A DNA stretch of 64,000 nt from IMG/VR virus record IMGVR_UViG_3300044959_000303, positions 1 to 64,000 of that record. One strand, 5' to 3'. Of the stretch, positions 8,790 through 19,196 are shown piece after piece. The position numbers were made by a program, and so were the translations under genes. Under the pieces are notes generated by a model, which saw nothing but the letters and a program-made list of their open reading frames with translations, was not told the DNA's origin and did not search any database. Every line of letters begins with the position of its first letter. Position 1 is the first letter of the stretch. Origin of the DNA: a virus.

Positions 8790-8894
8790 TTATTTGCTTC
8801 TATTTATTTTTTGTCTTTTTTTCTGTCTTCTCTTTTTCGAGCCGATTTTTCTTCGACCCTTTCCGTATCTTTTCAATCCTACTCTTGCTGGCAT
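8790..8894 (-). CDS. 34-aa highly basic peptide MPARVGLKRYGKGRRKIGSKKRRQKKRQKINRSK
   Basis: Strong RBS AAAGGAGG just upstream of the ATG; fills the intergenic gap; below the ORF-track size cutoff. Confidence 0.7.
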   Translation of the reverse strand: MPARVGLKRYGKGRRKIGSKKRRQKKRQKINRSK

Positions 8895-8938
8895 TTTTTC
8901 CTCCTTTGTCGAAATTTCCACTTGATATTACAAATCGG

Positions 8939-9268
8939 TTATTTCACTTCTATCAATTTGTATTTTTCATTTTTGAGAAAATTCGTATCGATGTAATTGA
9001 AAGCTTCATCCAGATTCGAAAAATTTTCAATGTGACAGGAATTACCGTAAAAATACGAAGAAATTACGGAAAAGACAGAATTGTTGTACATCGTATCTTT
9101 TCTTCTCAAAAGAATGGTAGGATGATATTTTACATCATCATGATCTTCGATGGCATCGAATTTGTAAAAAGCATAGACATTGATTTTTTTTGCCATATCG
9201 AAAACTCCTCGATTTTTCGAAATCATAAGCGAAGTTGTGAATAATGTCAAGTGATATTTTTCGATCAT
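8939..9268 (-). CDS. Hypothetical protein (true start probably the internal MAKKINV at ~9196)
   Basis: A GAGGAG RBS precedes the internal ATG. Confidence 0.55.
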   Translation of the reverse strand: MIEKYHLTLFTTSLMISKNRGVFDMAKKINVYAFYKFDAIEDHDDVKYHPTILLRRKDTMYNNSVFSVISSYFYGNSCHIENFSNLDEAFNYIDTNFLKNEKYKLIEVK

Positions 9269-9546
9269 TCGAAATGATTTCGAAACAAATATGCATTGAT
9301 TTTTTGTTTTTTCAGTTTGTTAATCGAACTTCATTGTAATTCGAAAAGAGAGATTTTTTGAATTTTTATAAAATGTTTCGTTTTTTGAATATTTCAAATG
9401 TTTTTTTGATATGTTTTTATTTTACTCATACTATTTTCGAAAATTTTGTAAAGATAAAAAATATAAATAATCATATATGTGTTTTTCGGTAAAATTGGAA
9501 CATGGAATATCTTTTGATTTTTAAAAATGAAATATTTCGAAAATAA

Positions 9547-9554
9547 TATAAATA
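9547..9554 (+). promoter_or_regulatory. T4-type late promoter TATAAATA
   Basis: Exact consensus upstream of ORF 9587; a second copy is at 9462-9469. Confidence 0.55.
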
Positions 9555-9586
9555 GTTTAAAACAATATTAAAAAAGGATGTAAAAA

Positions 9587-10735
9587 ATGGCCGATTTTAC
9601 CATTACTCCGATTCCTTATTCTGGTGGAAGTCTTATTTGGAGTGAAAAATCTATTCATTTTACCAGATTGAATTCGAACAGGTTCATTTACGCATTTTCT
9701 CAGCAAAGTCCAGATTACAAATTTTATGGAATTGCTGATGTAAACAATGTCAATGCACCTGTTCCTGTCGTAAATATAGTGAAACAGCGTGCTTTTACTG
9801 GAAAATTTTCAGATGTAAGATTGGTTCCTTTGGATTCGACACGTTTTGTTTCTTTCGATGGTGGAGATCTTTATGTGTACAACACGAGTACAAATGATGT
9901 TGTCGAAGAATTGAAAATAGTCAATTATGGAAATCAGTATAATAATGATGTAAGAGACAGAAGTTTCGCAATCAAGGCCAATGATGGTACTTTGTTGGAA
10001 GGGGCGATTGTTCCATCGAACACACCAGGTCAATACAATGCAGTCCTGAGGAGACTTACTTATGATACCACAACAAAGCAGTTTACCATTACAACAAATA
10101 AAATTATCACTAGCGTAGGAACATCTTACAGTGATCGATTTATACATTTGAAAAGAATTCATGGTTCGAGTAATAAATTTTTGGCAATCTTAAAAAGAGT
10201 TTACGACGAGAGTAATTTCAGATATCAAGTAACTAATATTGTTATATACGATACTTCAACCGACATTATAACAGACATAACACCAGAAAGTTCGATAGTG
10301 AGTAATTATGTTTATGGTGATTTGATAGGATTTGGCGAAAATGCCATTGTATTTTTTGATTACGATAGTCAAAATGCCATAGAATACAATGGAACATCGT
10401 TTGGTTCACCGTTTATTTATACTAATGCTAATGATACATTTGCAATAGGTGATTCTGCATTTTTCAGTGGAAGTTTTGGAGTAATATTCAGAAAAAGTAC
10501 TTCTTCTTCAACAGCAAGATATTTCAGAATCGTCAACAGAACCGGACCAAATTCGATATCGACAAGTTTTCCAACAAATTTGAACAACGGTTTGTTGGTA
10601 AATTTTCCAACAAATTTTTCAGAATTTCGAAGATCTTCGATTTTGGACATTTTCGATCCAGAAACATTGTTGATACATGGTTATAATACAACAGCCAGTA
10701 GTAAACAATTTGTTGTTTTGAGATTCAAACCATAA
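9587..10735 (+). CDS. Hypothetical beta-rich protein, possibly virion-associated (propeller-like)
   Basis: 382-aa ORF with an AAGGA RBS and late promoter; T/S/N/F-rich strand pattern. Confidence 0.65.
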   Translation: MADFTITPIPYSGGSLIWSEKSIHFTRLNSNRFIYAFSQQSPDYKFYGIADVNNVNAPVPVVNIVKQRAFTGKFSDVRLVPLDSTRFVSFDGGDLYVYNTSTNDVVEELKIVNYGNQYNNDVRDRSFAIKANDGTLLEGAIVPSNTPGQYNAVLRRLTYDTTTKQFTITTNKIITSVGTSYSDRFIHLKRIHGSSNKFLAILKRVYDESNFRYQVTNIVIYDTSTDIITDITPESSIVSNYVYGDLIGFGENAIVFFDYDSQNAIEYNGTSFGSPFIYTNANDTFAIGDSAFFSGSFGVIFRKSTSSSTARYFRIVNRTGPNSISTSFPTNLNNGLLVNFPTNFSEFRRSSILDIFDPETLLIHGYNTTASSKQFVVLRFKP

Positions 10736-10847
10736 TAATATAAAAAAAAATAAATACTCTTGAAAGAATATTCGATAAAAAAGACCGATTGATAATTGGA
10801 TCTTTCTTTGTTTTGTTTCGAAAATCTATTTACAATCTTGATTATTC

Positions 10848-13800
10848 TCAAATGGACATGACTTTTATAACCAGAGAATTCGATGCTGTCTCGAATACAA
10901 CCGCAATTTTATTTTCGTTTCTTATTTTTCTAGCTCTGAATGTTCCGGCAGCAACATTTCCACTTACAAAAGTTTTCCATCCTGTTTGAGTATCCAAAGT
11001 CAAATTATCATCGTTCAAACTTATAATATTTACATATATTTTATTATCACTATTGACAAACACAGCATATACTTTCAATGATAATTCAACTGCTTCCATA
11101 TGTGTAAATGTCACAAAGGGAATAGTATTGTTTATTGTTACGGTATTTCTGTGAATTGGTGAATTGAAGTTGTCAAGATCGAATCTCGAAAATTTGAAAG
11201 CGGATCCATCTTTGTAAAATTGTATATATCCATTAGAAGATACTGCAGCAACAGCGCCAGGTCTCAAATTTGCCAGATTTCTTGTTGCTGTTACCAAGGA
11301 ACTTGCAAAAATTACATGAGTATTTTCATTATCTGTATTCAAATTTACGGCATAAGCACTAGAATTGATTTTTGCTTGAGATATGACTTTACCAGTAAAA
11401 GATATGTTTGCACTTGCTATGACACTTAGCGAAGACAATGGAATCAAAGCTTCCAATTTAACGAGAGAAACATTATTATCTATTTTTCTGTATTCTGTTA
11501 TTATATTATTTCCAATTTCAAATCCTGTAACAAAGGCCGATGTACCAAAGAAAGCAATATCGATTCCTGTATTTCCTTCTTCGATTTGACCATGAGACGA
11601 CGTATTTACGAAAGTGTATGATGGGGTGAACAAACCGCCGGATTCTTTCAAATAAGATGCAATGTAAACAGAACTGGTTGTCATTTTGAATATATATGCA
11701 GCCTTTGATTTATCAGAAGCTATTATTTTAAGATCAGGTGATAATTGTATATCGAAACCACTAACAAGAACGGTCATTGTTCTTATCGAAGAAGTGGTAG
11801 AATAAATAGCGGCTAAATAATTCGTATCATCTATGAAATCAAAATTGATTACGTTCTCGAAAACAGTTCCATCTGACAAAAGAAAAATACTGCTATCCAA
11901 AGATCCATTCCAACCTAGCCAAGGAGAAGGTGGCGATGATATGGTAAGTACTGCTATGGAAGATGCATATATTTCGATATTTCTCCATTGTGGATAATTG
12001 TCCCATTTTGCCCAAGATGATTGACCGGAAATTCCTATATCTAACAAATCTATATCGTAAATGTAATCAACTACATTAGGATGTATGTAAGAATCATATC
12101 CTATTGCTACACTGCTGGTTTGTATTGTAATTGTTGTAATTGATGCAGATGAAATAAATGTATCCATCCAATCAGAAGACAAACCCGATGCAGGCATTCT
12201 GTTGTCATTGAAAGAAAAATCAAGAATGTTGCAATCAAATAACATGATAACATAGTTTGGTTGATTGTCCCAAGCCATCCAGACATTACTGGTTGACAAT
12301 GAAACGTTTAAAAGATCTACATTTTCAAAATTGATAATATTTGTAGAAATAGCCGATGAATCATATGACGCCTGTTCGTAAGAGGTTACATTTAAATATA
12401 TGAAATTGGGATAATTGTCCCAATTGAACCACAAGGAAGAAGCAGACGGAAGGCCGTGATCAAAATCAAGTTGAGTAAAATCTATAGAATTTTGACTGGA
12501 AAATGTAATGTCAAAAAGAGCAATATTATTGATATTGTAATACAAATTATTATATAGCGGTTGATTATCCCAATTCATCCAGAGATTACTCGATGATAAT
12601 AAAGGATCGAAAAAATTAATATTTTCAAAATTGATGATGTTTGTAGAAATAGCTGATGAATCATATAATGATTGTTCAAGAGAGTCTATATTGAGAAATT
12701 TGAACAAAGGTTGATTATCCCAATTCATCCAGAGATTACTCGATGATAATAAAGGATCGAAAAAATTAATATTTTCAAAATTGATGATGTTTGTAGAAAT
12801 AGCTGATGAATCATATAATGATTGTTCAAGAGAGTCTATATTGAAAAATTTGAACAAAGGTTGATTATCCCAACTTAACCAGAGATTAACAGAAGATAAT
12901 ATATCATATAACGGATCATACAAGTTCATATTTTCGAAATTCATACTGTTCAATGAAACAAACAATGGATTAAAATCAGCATTCGTGAGTGTGTTTATTG
13001 TCAAGTTTGTAAATTCAAAATCATTTACACCAAAATTCATCCAGAAATTATTTGTTGTAGAATATATTGCATCATTTTTTGCAAATGAAATTTGTTTATA
13101 TGTTGGTTGATTATCCCATAATTCCCAAGGAGAATTTATGAAATTCAAGTTCATTTCAAGATTCAAATCTTCGAAATATATCGAATTACTGCTATGTTGT
13201 TGAGGAAGAAAAGCTGTATTTGTTATATTGAAATAAATTTCAGATGGTACAACAGCACCGGATCCAAAAGTGGACCATACCGAAAGATAAGCATCATCCC
13301 AAAAAGCCACAGTACTTATTTGTATGAAAATGGTTGTCATATCAATTGACATTGTTGTCATCCAAGGTTCGTTTGTTGTTATACCATCATCAAAATTGAA
13401 ACTATTGGAAATTTCAAAGTAAATTATATTATCTGGAGACAAATCAGATGTTTGTTCTATTCTTGTTCCGGAAACTATTACGGAACTTTCCTCCCAATTT
13501 ACCCAATTACTGGATGTATCTTTGAGTGTTGCACTGGAGGGTATATCGATCAATATTGTATCGTAATTAGAAAGTTGTGTAGAATCAGTATTTTCCCATT
13601 GTTGAGATATTTCTACGGAAATGGCGGAACTACTTATATCGAAGATAATATTTTGAAATTTTACAAGATAATCACCGAAAACGGACCATGTATGTGGTGC
13701 TATGGTTGAAATATTACCAAGTTGTAAATTTACATCCAAATTGAGTAAAGTAACAAAATTCGAATCGAATATGCTTGTCAGAAATCCTTGTTCCAAGTTC

Positions 13801-14408
13801 AGGGTTTGCGAACTCAATTCGGCAAAAACATCAATGTTGAAACTATAATTTCCTTGAAATACATTTATGGTTTGTGAAGAAAGTTGTACAGTTTGATCTG
13901 CTTCTTTTTTGTTTCCCAATATTACCAACTTGTCCAAATCTATGAAAAAATAATATATGGACCAAAATTCAACTTCAATTACCGCGGCATTTCTGAAATT
14001 GAATCTTCTGTTCGATAAATTTATTTCTCTATACCTATTGGTAAATTTTTTACTGACAACATCTGAAAATATGAGAGTACCTGTTCCCGTATCTTCCAAA
14101 TCTTTTATGTAAAATTTCATTTCAATGGAAACATTATTATCTTCTATATTGATAAAATTTCCTCTCAAACGATAAGAAAAAGTTATTTTTTCTATTGCTT
14201 CTGTTGGATCGATTGTGGTGTTGGTGACAAATCTCAATCTTTCAGTTACATAAAGATTACCGACATTGTAAGATAATGATCTGGCATAATTTCCTGTCAA
14301 TAATGATCCCTCGCCAAAGGTATCTGCTATCGTAATATTTTTCAATCCTATCCATTGTATTGGATATTTGTCTGTTTGTGTAACTGAAATAACATTAAAC
14401 GAGGTCAT
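10848..14408 (-). CDS. Large virion structural protein with 50-aa WxxWDN(Q/Y)P repeats
   Basis: 1186 aa, S/N/I/F/D-rich; directly downstream of a small structural gene. Confidence 0.7.
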   Translation of the reverse strand: MTSFNVISVTQTDKYPIQWIGLKNITIADTFGEGSLLTGNYARSLSYNVGNLYVTERLRFVTNTTIDPTEAIEKITFSYRLRGNFINIEDNNVSIEMKFYIKDLEDTGTGTLIFSDVVSKKFTNRYREINLSNRRFNFRNAAVIEVEFWSIYYFFIDLDKLVILGNKKEADQTVQLSSQTINVFQGNYSFNIDVFAELSSQTLNLEQGFLTSIFDSNFVTLLNLDVNLQLGNISTIAPHTWSVFGDYLVKFQNIIFDISSSAISVEISQQWENTDSTQLSNYDTILIDIPSSATLKDTSSNWVNWEESSVIVSGTRIEQTSDLSPDNIIYFEISNSFNFDDGITTNEPWMTTMSIDMTTIFIQISTVAFWDDAYLSVWSTFGSGAVVPSEIYFNITNTAFLPQQHSSNSIYFEDLNLEMNLNFINSPWELWDNQPTYKQISFAKNDAIYSTTNNFWMNFGVNDFEFTNLTINTLTNADFNPLFVSLNSMNFENMNLYDPLYDILSSVNLWLSWDNQPLFKFFNIDSLEQSLYDSSAISTNIINFENINFFDPLLSSSNLWMNWDNQPLFKFLNIDSLEQSLYDSSAISTNIINFENINFFDPLLSSSNLWMNWDNQPLYNNLYYNINNIALFDITFSSQNSIDFTQLDFDHGLPSASSLWFNWDNYPNFIYLNVTSYEQASYDSSAISTNIINFENVDLLNVSLSTSNVWMAWDNQPNYVIMLFDCNILDFSFNDNRMPASGLSSDWMDTFISSASITTITIQTSSVAIGYDSYIHPNVVDYIYDIDLLDIGISGQSSWAKWDNYPQWRNIEIYASSIAVLTISSPPSPWLGWNGSLDSSIFLLSDGTVFENVINFDFIDDTNYLAAIYSTTSSIRTMTVLVSGFDIQLSPDLKIIASDKSKAAYIFKMTTSSVYIASYLKESGGLFTPSYTFVNTSSHGQIEEGNTGIDIAFFGTSAFVTGFEIGNNIITEYRKIDNNVSLVKLEALIPLSSLSVIASANISFTGKVISQAKINSSAYAVNLNTDNENTHVIFASSLVTATRNLANLRPGAVAAVSSNGYIQFYKDGSAFKFSRFDLDNFNSPIHRNTVTINNTIPFVTFTHMEAVELSLKVYAVFVNSDNKIYVNIISLNDDNLTLDTQTGWKTFVSGNVAAGTFRARKIRNENKIAVVFETASNSLVIKVMSI
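12250..13130 (-). repeat. 150-bp coding tandem repeats
   Basis: GGTTGATTATCCCA at 12559, 12709 and 12859. Two units are nearly identical and the flanking units are degenerate. Confidence 0.9.
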
Positions 14409-14421
14409 TTTCTTGTTCTTT

Positions 14422-14841
14422 TTATGTAATTCTCAGAACAGCTGCTGATTGAGAAGGTGGAGGAACAACAATTGTAAAGTTACTATTGTTTACAATTTTA
14501 TCGGAACCAAAATCCCATACAGCCACAGCTTTGTTACTTTTGGAAGAATTGTAAAGCAATGCTCCTCTTGCAGTAAATGTAGCATTTGTAAATACAATGT
14601 TATCAAAATTTATTATTATTGTTCCTGACAAATTTGTTATTGTCAAATTTGTTACTGTAACTCCTCCCGGAGTGTAACCAGTTCCAGTAACTTCTCCGGT
14701 AGTAACATATGTTACGGTATTCTTGTTCAATGTAGCAGAATTTGTGTACAATGCCAGTTTGAACGTATCTGTTGTAAAATTATGTATTCCTCTGACTAAA
14801 TCTTCTTTGAAAGAATCACAAATAGCTGTCGTTATCGCCAT
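14422..14841 (-). CDS. Small phage structural protein (MAIT..C.SFK.....G.HNF....FKLALYT type)
   Basis: N-terminal pattern and GYTPGG motif resemble a widespread ~140-aa phage virion protein. Confidence 0.7.
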   Translation of the reverse strand: MAITTAICDSFKEDLVRGIHNFTTDTFKLALYTNSATLNKNTVTYVTTGEVTGTGYTPGGVTVTNLTITNLSGTIIINFDNIVFTNATFTARGALLYNSSKSNKAVAVWDFGSDKIVNNSNFTIVVPPPSQSAAVLRIT

Positions 14842-14844
14842 TTT

Positions 14845-15117
14845 CTATTCCTTTCCTTTTTTGAAAAAAATTCCATTTGCAATATTGAAATTTTTACTTG
14901 AAAAGTTTTTTACGATTTTGCATTTTGTTTTTATTTTTTGAAAAATTAAGAAAATTTTTCTCTTAATAAGAAAAATATTTTTGTGACTTTGTTTTTTTGT
15001 AATTTTGAAAACATGATTTTTATCATCATATGAAAAATTCAATCTTTTTTTCAAAAAATCGAAACTATCAATATCGAAACTTTCAAATTCGAAATTTTTC
15101 GAAAGATTACTCGACAT
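14845..15117 (-). CDS. Hypothetical protein (90 aa)
   Basis: TATAAATA on the minus strand at 15146-15139 and a GAGAG RBS-like motif upstream. Confidence 0.45.
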   Translation of the reverse strand: MSSNLSKNFEFESFDIDSFDFLKKRLNFSYDDKNHVFKITKKQSHKNIFLIKRKIFLIFQKIKTKCKIVKNFSSKNFNIANGIFFKKGKE

Positions 15118-15307
15118 GATTATCTCTCTTTTTTACTATATTTATATATTGTAGTGTAATATCGACGGTTACCAGAAAACATAATCGCACGAGAAAATTT
15201 CAATTGAAAAAATTATGGAAAAATATGAATTGTTTCTGTAAAAGTTACATCAATTCGAGAAGAAATTGAAAACATTCGATTTCATTGAAACATGATTTTT
15301 CAATTTT

Positions 15308-16141
15308 TCATATTTTCGAGGTTTTTACGAAATTATCCAGAGCAATCAATTTTTTCAGAATATCTTCGAGGCAAGACAGATAAATCATGTTTTTTCCATC
15401 AGATGGTGCATTTTCGGGATCATTGTGAACTTCCATGAAAATGCCAGCAACACCCAAAGCTACTGCTGCCTTTGCCAATGGATAGACCATTTCTCTGTCA
15501 CCACTGCTTTTTTTGCCATCTTTTCCCGGCATTTGTACACTATGAGTGGCATCGAAAATCAGAGGATATCCGAATCTTTTGACAATTTCCATTGCCTTGA
15601 AATCATTTACAAGATAATTGTAACCGAACATCGTGCCTCTCTCACAAATAATCAGTTTTTTGTTGTAATTTGTAATTTTTTCTATGATTCCTTCAACTTC
15701 ATAAGGACTTATGAATTGTCCTTTTTTTACCATTATCGTTTTGTCGGTTTTTGCGGCGGCAATCAAAAGATCTGTTTGCCTGCAGAGAAAAGCAGGTATT
15801 TGTAAAATATCCACCACTTTTGCAACTTTGTCACATTGTTCTGGTAAGTGAACATCCGTTATGATTTTTATGTCAGGATAATCTTCTTTCAATTTAGAAA
15901 ATATTTCCAAACCTTTTTCCAGACCAACTCCTCTTTTCGAATAAAGAGAAGTTCTGTTGGCTTTGTCGAAACTTGTTTTGAATATGAAATTGGCCGACAA
16001 TTTGTCACATATTTTTCTGATTTCTTCATACATGGTGAAAACATGCAATTCGCTTTCGATTTGACATGGACCTAACATGAAAATAATTGTTCGATCGTTC
16101 GATATCGATAAATTGTTCAGATAAATTGTTCTGTTTGGCAT
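15308..16141 (-). CDS. kdsA: 3-deoxy-D-manno-octulosonate 8-phosphate (KDO8P) synthase
   Basis: GPCQIES, SFDKANRTS, QIPAFLCRQTDL, KKGQF, ERGTMFGY, FDATHSVQMPG, APSDG. Confidence 0.95.
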   Translation of the reverse strand: MPNRTIYLNNLSISNDRTIIFMLGPCQIESELHVFTMYEEIRKICDKLSANFIFKTSFDKANRTSLYSKRGVGLEKGLEIFSKLKEDYPDIKIITDVHLPEQCDKVAKVVDILQIPAFLCRQTDLLIAAAKTDKTIMVKKGQFISPYEVEGIIEKITNYNKKLIICERGTMFGYNYLVNDFKAMEIVKRFGYPLIFDATHSVQMPGKDGKKSSGDREMVYPLAKAAVALGVAGIFMEVHNDPENAPSDGKNMIYLSCLEDILKKLIALDNFVKTSKI

Positions 16142-16165
16142 TTTTTGTATTTCTTTTTTACATTT

Positions 16166-17563
16166 CTAGTCGAAATATCTGAAAAATATTGTAAAACTTG
16201 GTGAAGCCAAATTGACGAAACCACTGCCATCTTTGTCTGCTGCTCTCAAAGTTCCATAAACCGCAAAACCGATTACGGAATTGTTTGCCCACGTTGTAAA
16301 GAAATCACGTGATGGACTGCTTCCTTCATCATAGTCTGTCTGATGAGCAAGAAGTATTTCATCACCTACCGAATAACTGCCATATCCCATTTTACACAAA
16401 GCATATGCATGATAAATTTTGGGAACATTTGGTAATCCATGTGCATAGGTTATGCTGCTGTTGTTTGGAATGTTGAACTCGGGACTTTGATATTTGGTCA
16501 ATGTGTTTCCTATTGCTATATCTTTCCACGCGAGACCATCGAAATATTCCAATTTTCCCGTATCTGTATTGAATCTTATCATTCCTTGTTCGGCTGGTGG
16601 TCTTTGTGCTGTTGTTCCTTTTGGAAGTTTGAAAAATCCATTACTGCTTACTTCGACATCGGATTTGATTACTGTTTTGTTGCTTTCCAGAATCATTCTG
16701 CTGGTATTTGCTATCCGAAATTCCAAGTTGTTTCCAAAAGTGTTCATAACCGCTGAACTTGTAAACGTAATATTTTTCACATTGTCGGAAAATGTCAAAC
16801 CGGATTCGATTCCTTGATGAAAATTGGGAGATAATCCCAAAGTTTCTGTAGTGTTGTCTTTTTTTACATAATTTACCGAATTGAGTGTGACCGAGTTTAC
16901 ATCGGAGTCACTGAAAGCAGCTATCAGTTTTCCGTTGACTTCTATTATGGCCAATTCGAAATTCGGAGCAGTATTTTTGTGTATTCCATATCTTGTTTTG
17001 CTTCCGGGATTGTTATTTGTTATTGTCAAAGGATACCAACCTTCTCCGATTATGTTGTTTATTCTTACATAAAGTTCTCTTTCGGTTTCATTGTACCACA
17101 ATGTTCCGGAAGGAGGAATGGGTGTAGGAACAGTTGCAGATCTTATCAGTCCTCCGACCTGTTTCCAACTTGTTCCGACTTTTATATAAAATTTTTCTTC
17201 TTTGGAAGTGTTCACGAAAAAGGATTTTCCATCTGCAAGACCGGCAGGACTCGGCAATGTTGCTCCAACGTCGATCAAAGTCAAAATATCATCCCAACCT
17301 GTTCCATTGTATATCTTTATCGTAACATCGGAACCCGGTGTAGCATCCGTGCGAGCCCAGATTTGTCCTTTTACGGGATTTGGTGGAGGATTCAAGCCTG
17401 CAAAATTTTCGAGAATATGATAAAAATTTTCGAGAATAATTTCACCATAATTTTCCTGTTTTTTGCCGACAAGTTTTATATCCAGACTTGTAGAATCTAC
17501 CGTTTTGTCCAATACGGTAATTGCCGAATTGATTCCCTGAAAACTGTTTACTGTATATGGCAT
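16166..17563 (-). CDS. Baseplate/tail-fibre connector-like structural protein, paralogue 1
   Basis: N-terminal YGE...ENFYHILENFAG..PP.NPVKGQIW and a LPKGTTAQRP...GMIRFNTDT module. Confidence 0.75.
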   Translation of the reverse strand: MPYTVNSFQGINSAITVLDKTVDSTSLDIKLVGKKQENYGEIILENFYHILENFAGLNPPPNPVKGQIWARTDATPGSDVTIKIYNGTGWDDILTLIDVGATLPSPAGLADGKSFFVNTSKEEKFYIKVGTSWKQVGGLIRSATVPTPIPPSGTLWYNETERELYVRINNIIGEGWYPLTITNNNPGSKTRYGIHKNTAPNFELAIIEVNGKLIAAFSDSDVNSVTLNSVNYVKKDNTTETLGLSPNFHQGIESGLTFSDNVKNITFTSSAVMNTFGNNLEFRIANTSRMILESNKTVIKSDVEVSSNGFFKLPKGTTAQRPPAEQGMIRFNTDTGKLEYFDGLAWKDIAIGNTLTKYQSPEFNIPNNSSITYAHGLPNVPKIYHAYALCKMGYGSYSVGDEILLAHQTDYDEGSSPSRDFFTTWANNSVIGFAVYGTLRAADKDGSGFVNLASPSFTIFFRYFD

Positions 17564-17687
17564 TTTATCATCCTTTTTGTTTTTTCATATTGAAAAATTC
17601 ATGAACTGTTTTTTACATATTTATTTCAAAAGAAAAAAGAAAACAAAAATCGATTTTCATTGATTTTCGTTTTCTTTTTGATTGAAA

Positions 17688-19196
17688 TCATGTTAAGAAT
17701 TGTATTATTACTTTGTAAGATGTCAGGTTCTCCGAAATCATGTTTGTATTTGTCATGTTGCTTGGAAGATATATTTTGGAATTTACGGTTATCGGAATCG
17801 CAGAGAATGTCGTTGTACCATTATCTACATATGTGTATTTTTCTTCGATTGAACTGTATTTCAATCTATACACATTTGATTGAATTATGGTATTTATGTT
17901 TATGATGATACTTTTCAATATGTAAGTTGTTCTATCCAAACCCGGATTGTAAGTGGCAACAAAAGAAGTGTATGTTCTGTAACTGTATGGTCCGGTAAAA
18001 TCAAATCTTGCACCAGTGGTTTTGTTTTCGAGAAATGTTTTGTAATAAGAATTGTTGATAATATTTGCAGAAGCTATTATTCCATTCGATGGAACACTTG
18101 TTATGTCGATCTCCATTTCATTGATTCGACCCGGTATTCCATTCGAACCGATACCAACAATCTTCCATGAGGATTGTGATTGTAGATAGAACTCCAATTC
18201 ATTCGATCCTGAATTGAATCTCAACATACCGTTCGATGGAGAAGTCGGTCTCTGAGCACTTGTTCCAACAGGAAGTTTGATATGAGAAACATTATTGAAA
18301 CTTACTTCTTTGAAAAATTCCGACTCGTGATTGACCACAAGTTTGGAATCGACAATTGTTATATTGTTGTTTTTATCGATAGTCAATTGATCTTTGTTGT
18401 TGATTCGAAAAACGATATTTCCTGTCGAAAAATTTTCGAATTTCAAATTGCTGTTCGTATTGAATGTCATTTGATTTGCAAGAGAGGAAAAATTCAAACC
18501 GGCTCTGAGTCCGGACGGAAATATTGTAGACAGATTTATGGAATCGAAAATTCCCAGATTTGCTGCTGATATATTCGAATATGAGAAAGCAGCAATAATA
18601 TTACCGCCAAGTTTTACAATATATATATCTTCACCGCTAATGGTCGTATGATTATCGGAATTTATTATCGTACCACCGCTTCCTCCGGTATCGTTCAGCA
18701 ATATTGGAGTTCCGTTTATGAACATGCTGAGTTGATTTGTAACAGTATTATACCATATATCTCCATCTTGAGGTGAAGATGGTGGAGTATTCGATTTTCT
18801 TATTCTGATCAGAACAATCCATGAAGTTCCATCGTGAATGTAAAATGCTTTTTCTTCTGCTGTAATCAGAAAAATCAAATCACCTTCTTTTCTGTCGGAT
18901 ACCGAAGGCAATGAACTGGATATTTCTACTTTTTCCGAAATCGAATTCCAAGAAGTTCCATCATAGATTTTCAGATTTTTATCTGTAGTATCATACCATA
19001 TTTGTCCGATAACCGGATTGTCCGGTGATGTACTTCCGGCAAAATTTTCCAGTAACCAATAGAAATTTTCATTGAACAACTTTCCCCAATTCAGAAAATT
19101 GTTTCCCGGAAATCTGAGACTTGTCGAAGAATCGAATCTTCTGTTTTCTACCGTAATGTTCGGGTTGATACCATTCTTGCTTCTTATTGTCGACAT
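17688..19196 (-). CDS. Baseplate/tail-fibre connector-like structural protein, paralogue 2
   Basis: NENFYWLLENFAGSTSPDNPVIGQIWYD; LPVGTSAQRP...GMLRFN. Confidence 0.75.
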   Translation of the reverse strand: MSTIRSKNGINPNITVENRRFDSSTSLRFPGNNFLNWGKLFNENFYWLLENFAGSTSPDNPVIGQIWYDTTDKNLKIYDGTSWNSISEKVEISSSLPSVSDRKEGDLIFLITAEEKAFYIHDGTSWIVLIRIRKSNTPPSSPQDGDIWYNTVTNQLSMFINGTPILLNDTGGSGGTIINSDNHTTISGEDIYIVKLGGNIIAAFSYSNISAANLGIFDSINLSTIFPSGLRAGLNFSSLANQMTFNTNSNLKFENFSTGNIVFRINNKDQLTIDKNNNITIVDSKLVVNHESEFFKEVSFNNVSHIKLPVGTSAQRPTSPSNGMLRFNSGSNELEFYLQSQSSWKIVGIGSNGIPGRINEMEIDITSVPSNGIIASANIINNSYYKTFLENKTTGARFDFTGPYSYRTYTSFVATYNPGLDRTTYILKSIIININTIIQSNVYRLKYSSIEEKYTYVDNGTTTFSAIPITVNSKIYLPSNMTNTNMISENLTSYKVIIQFLT

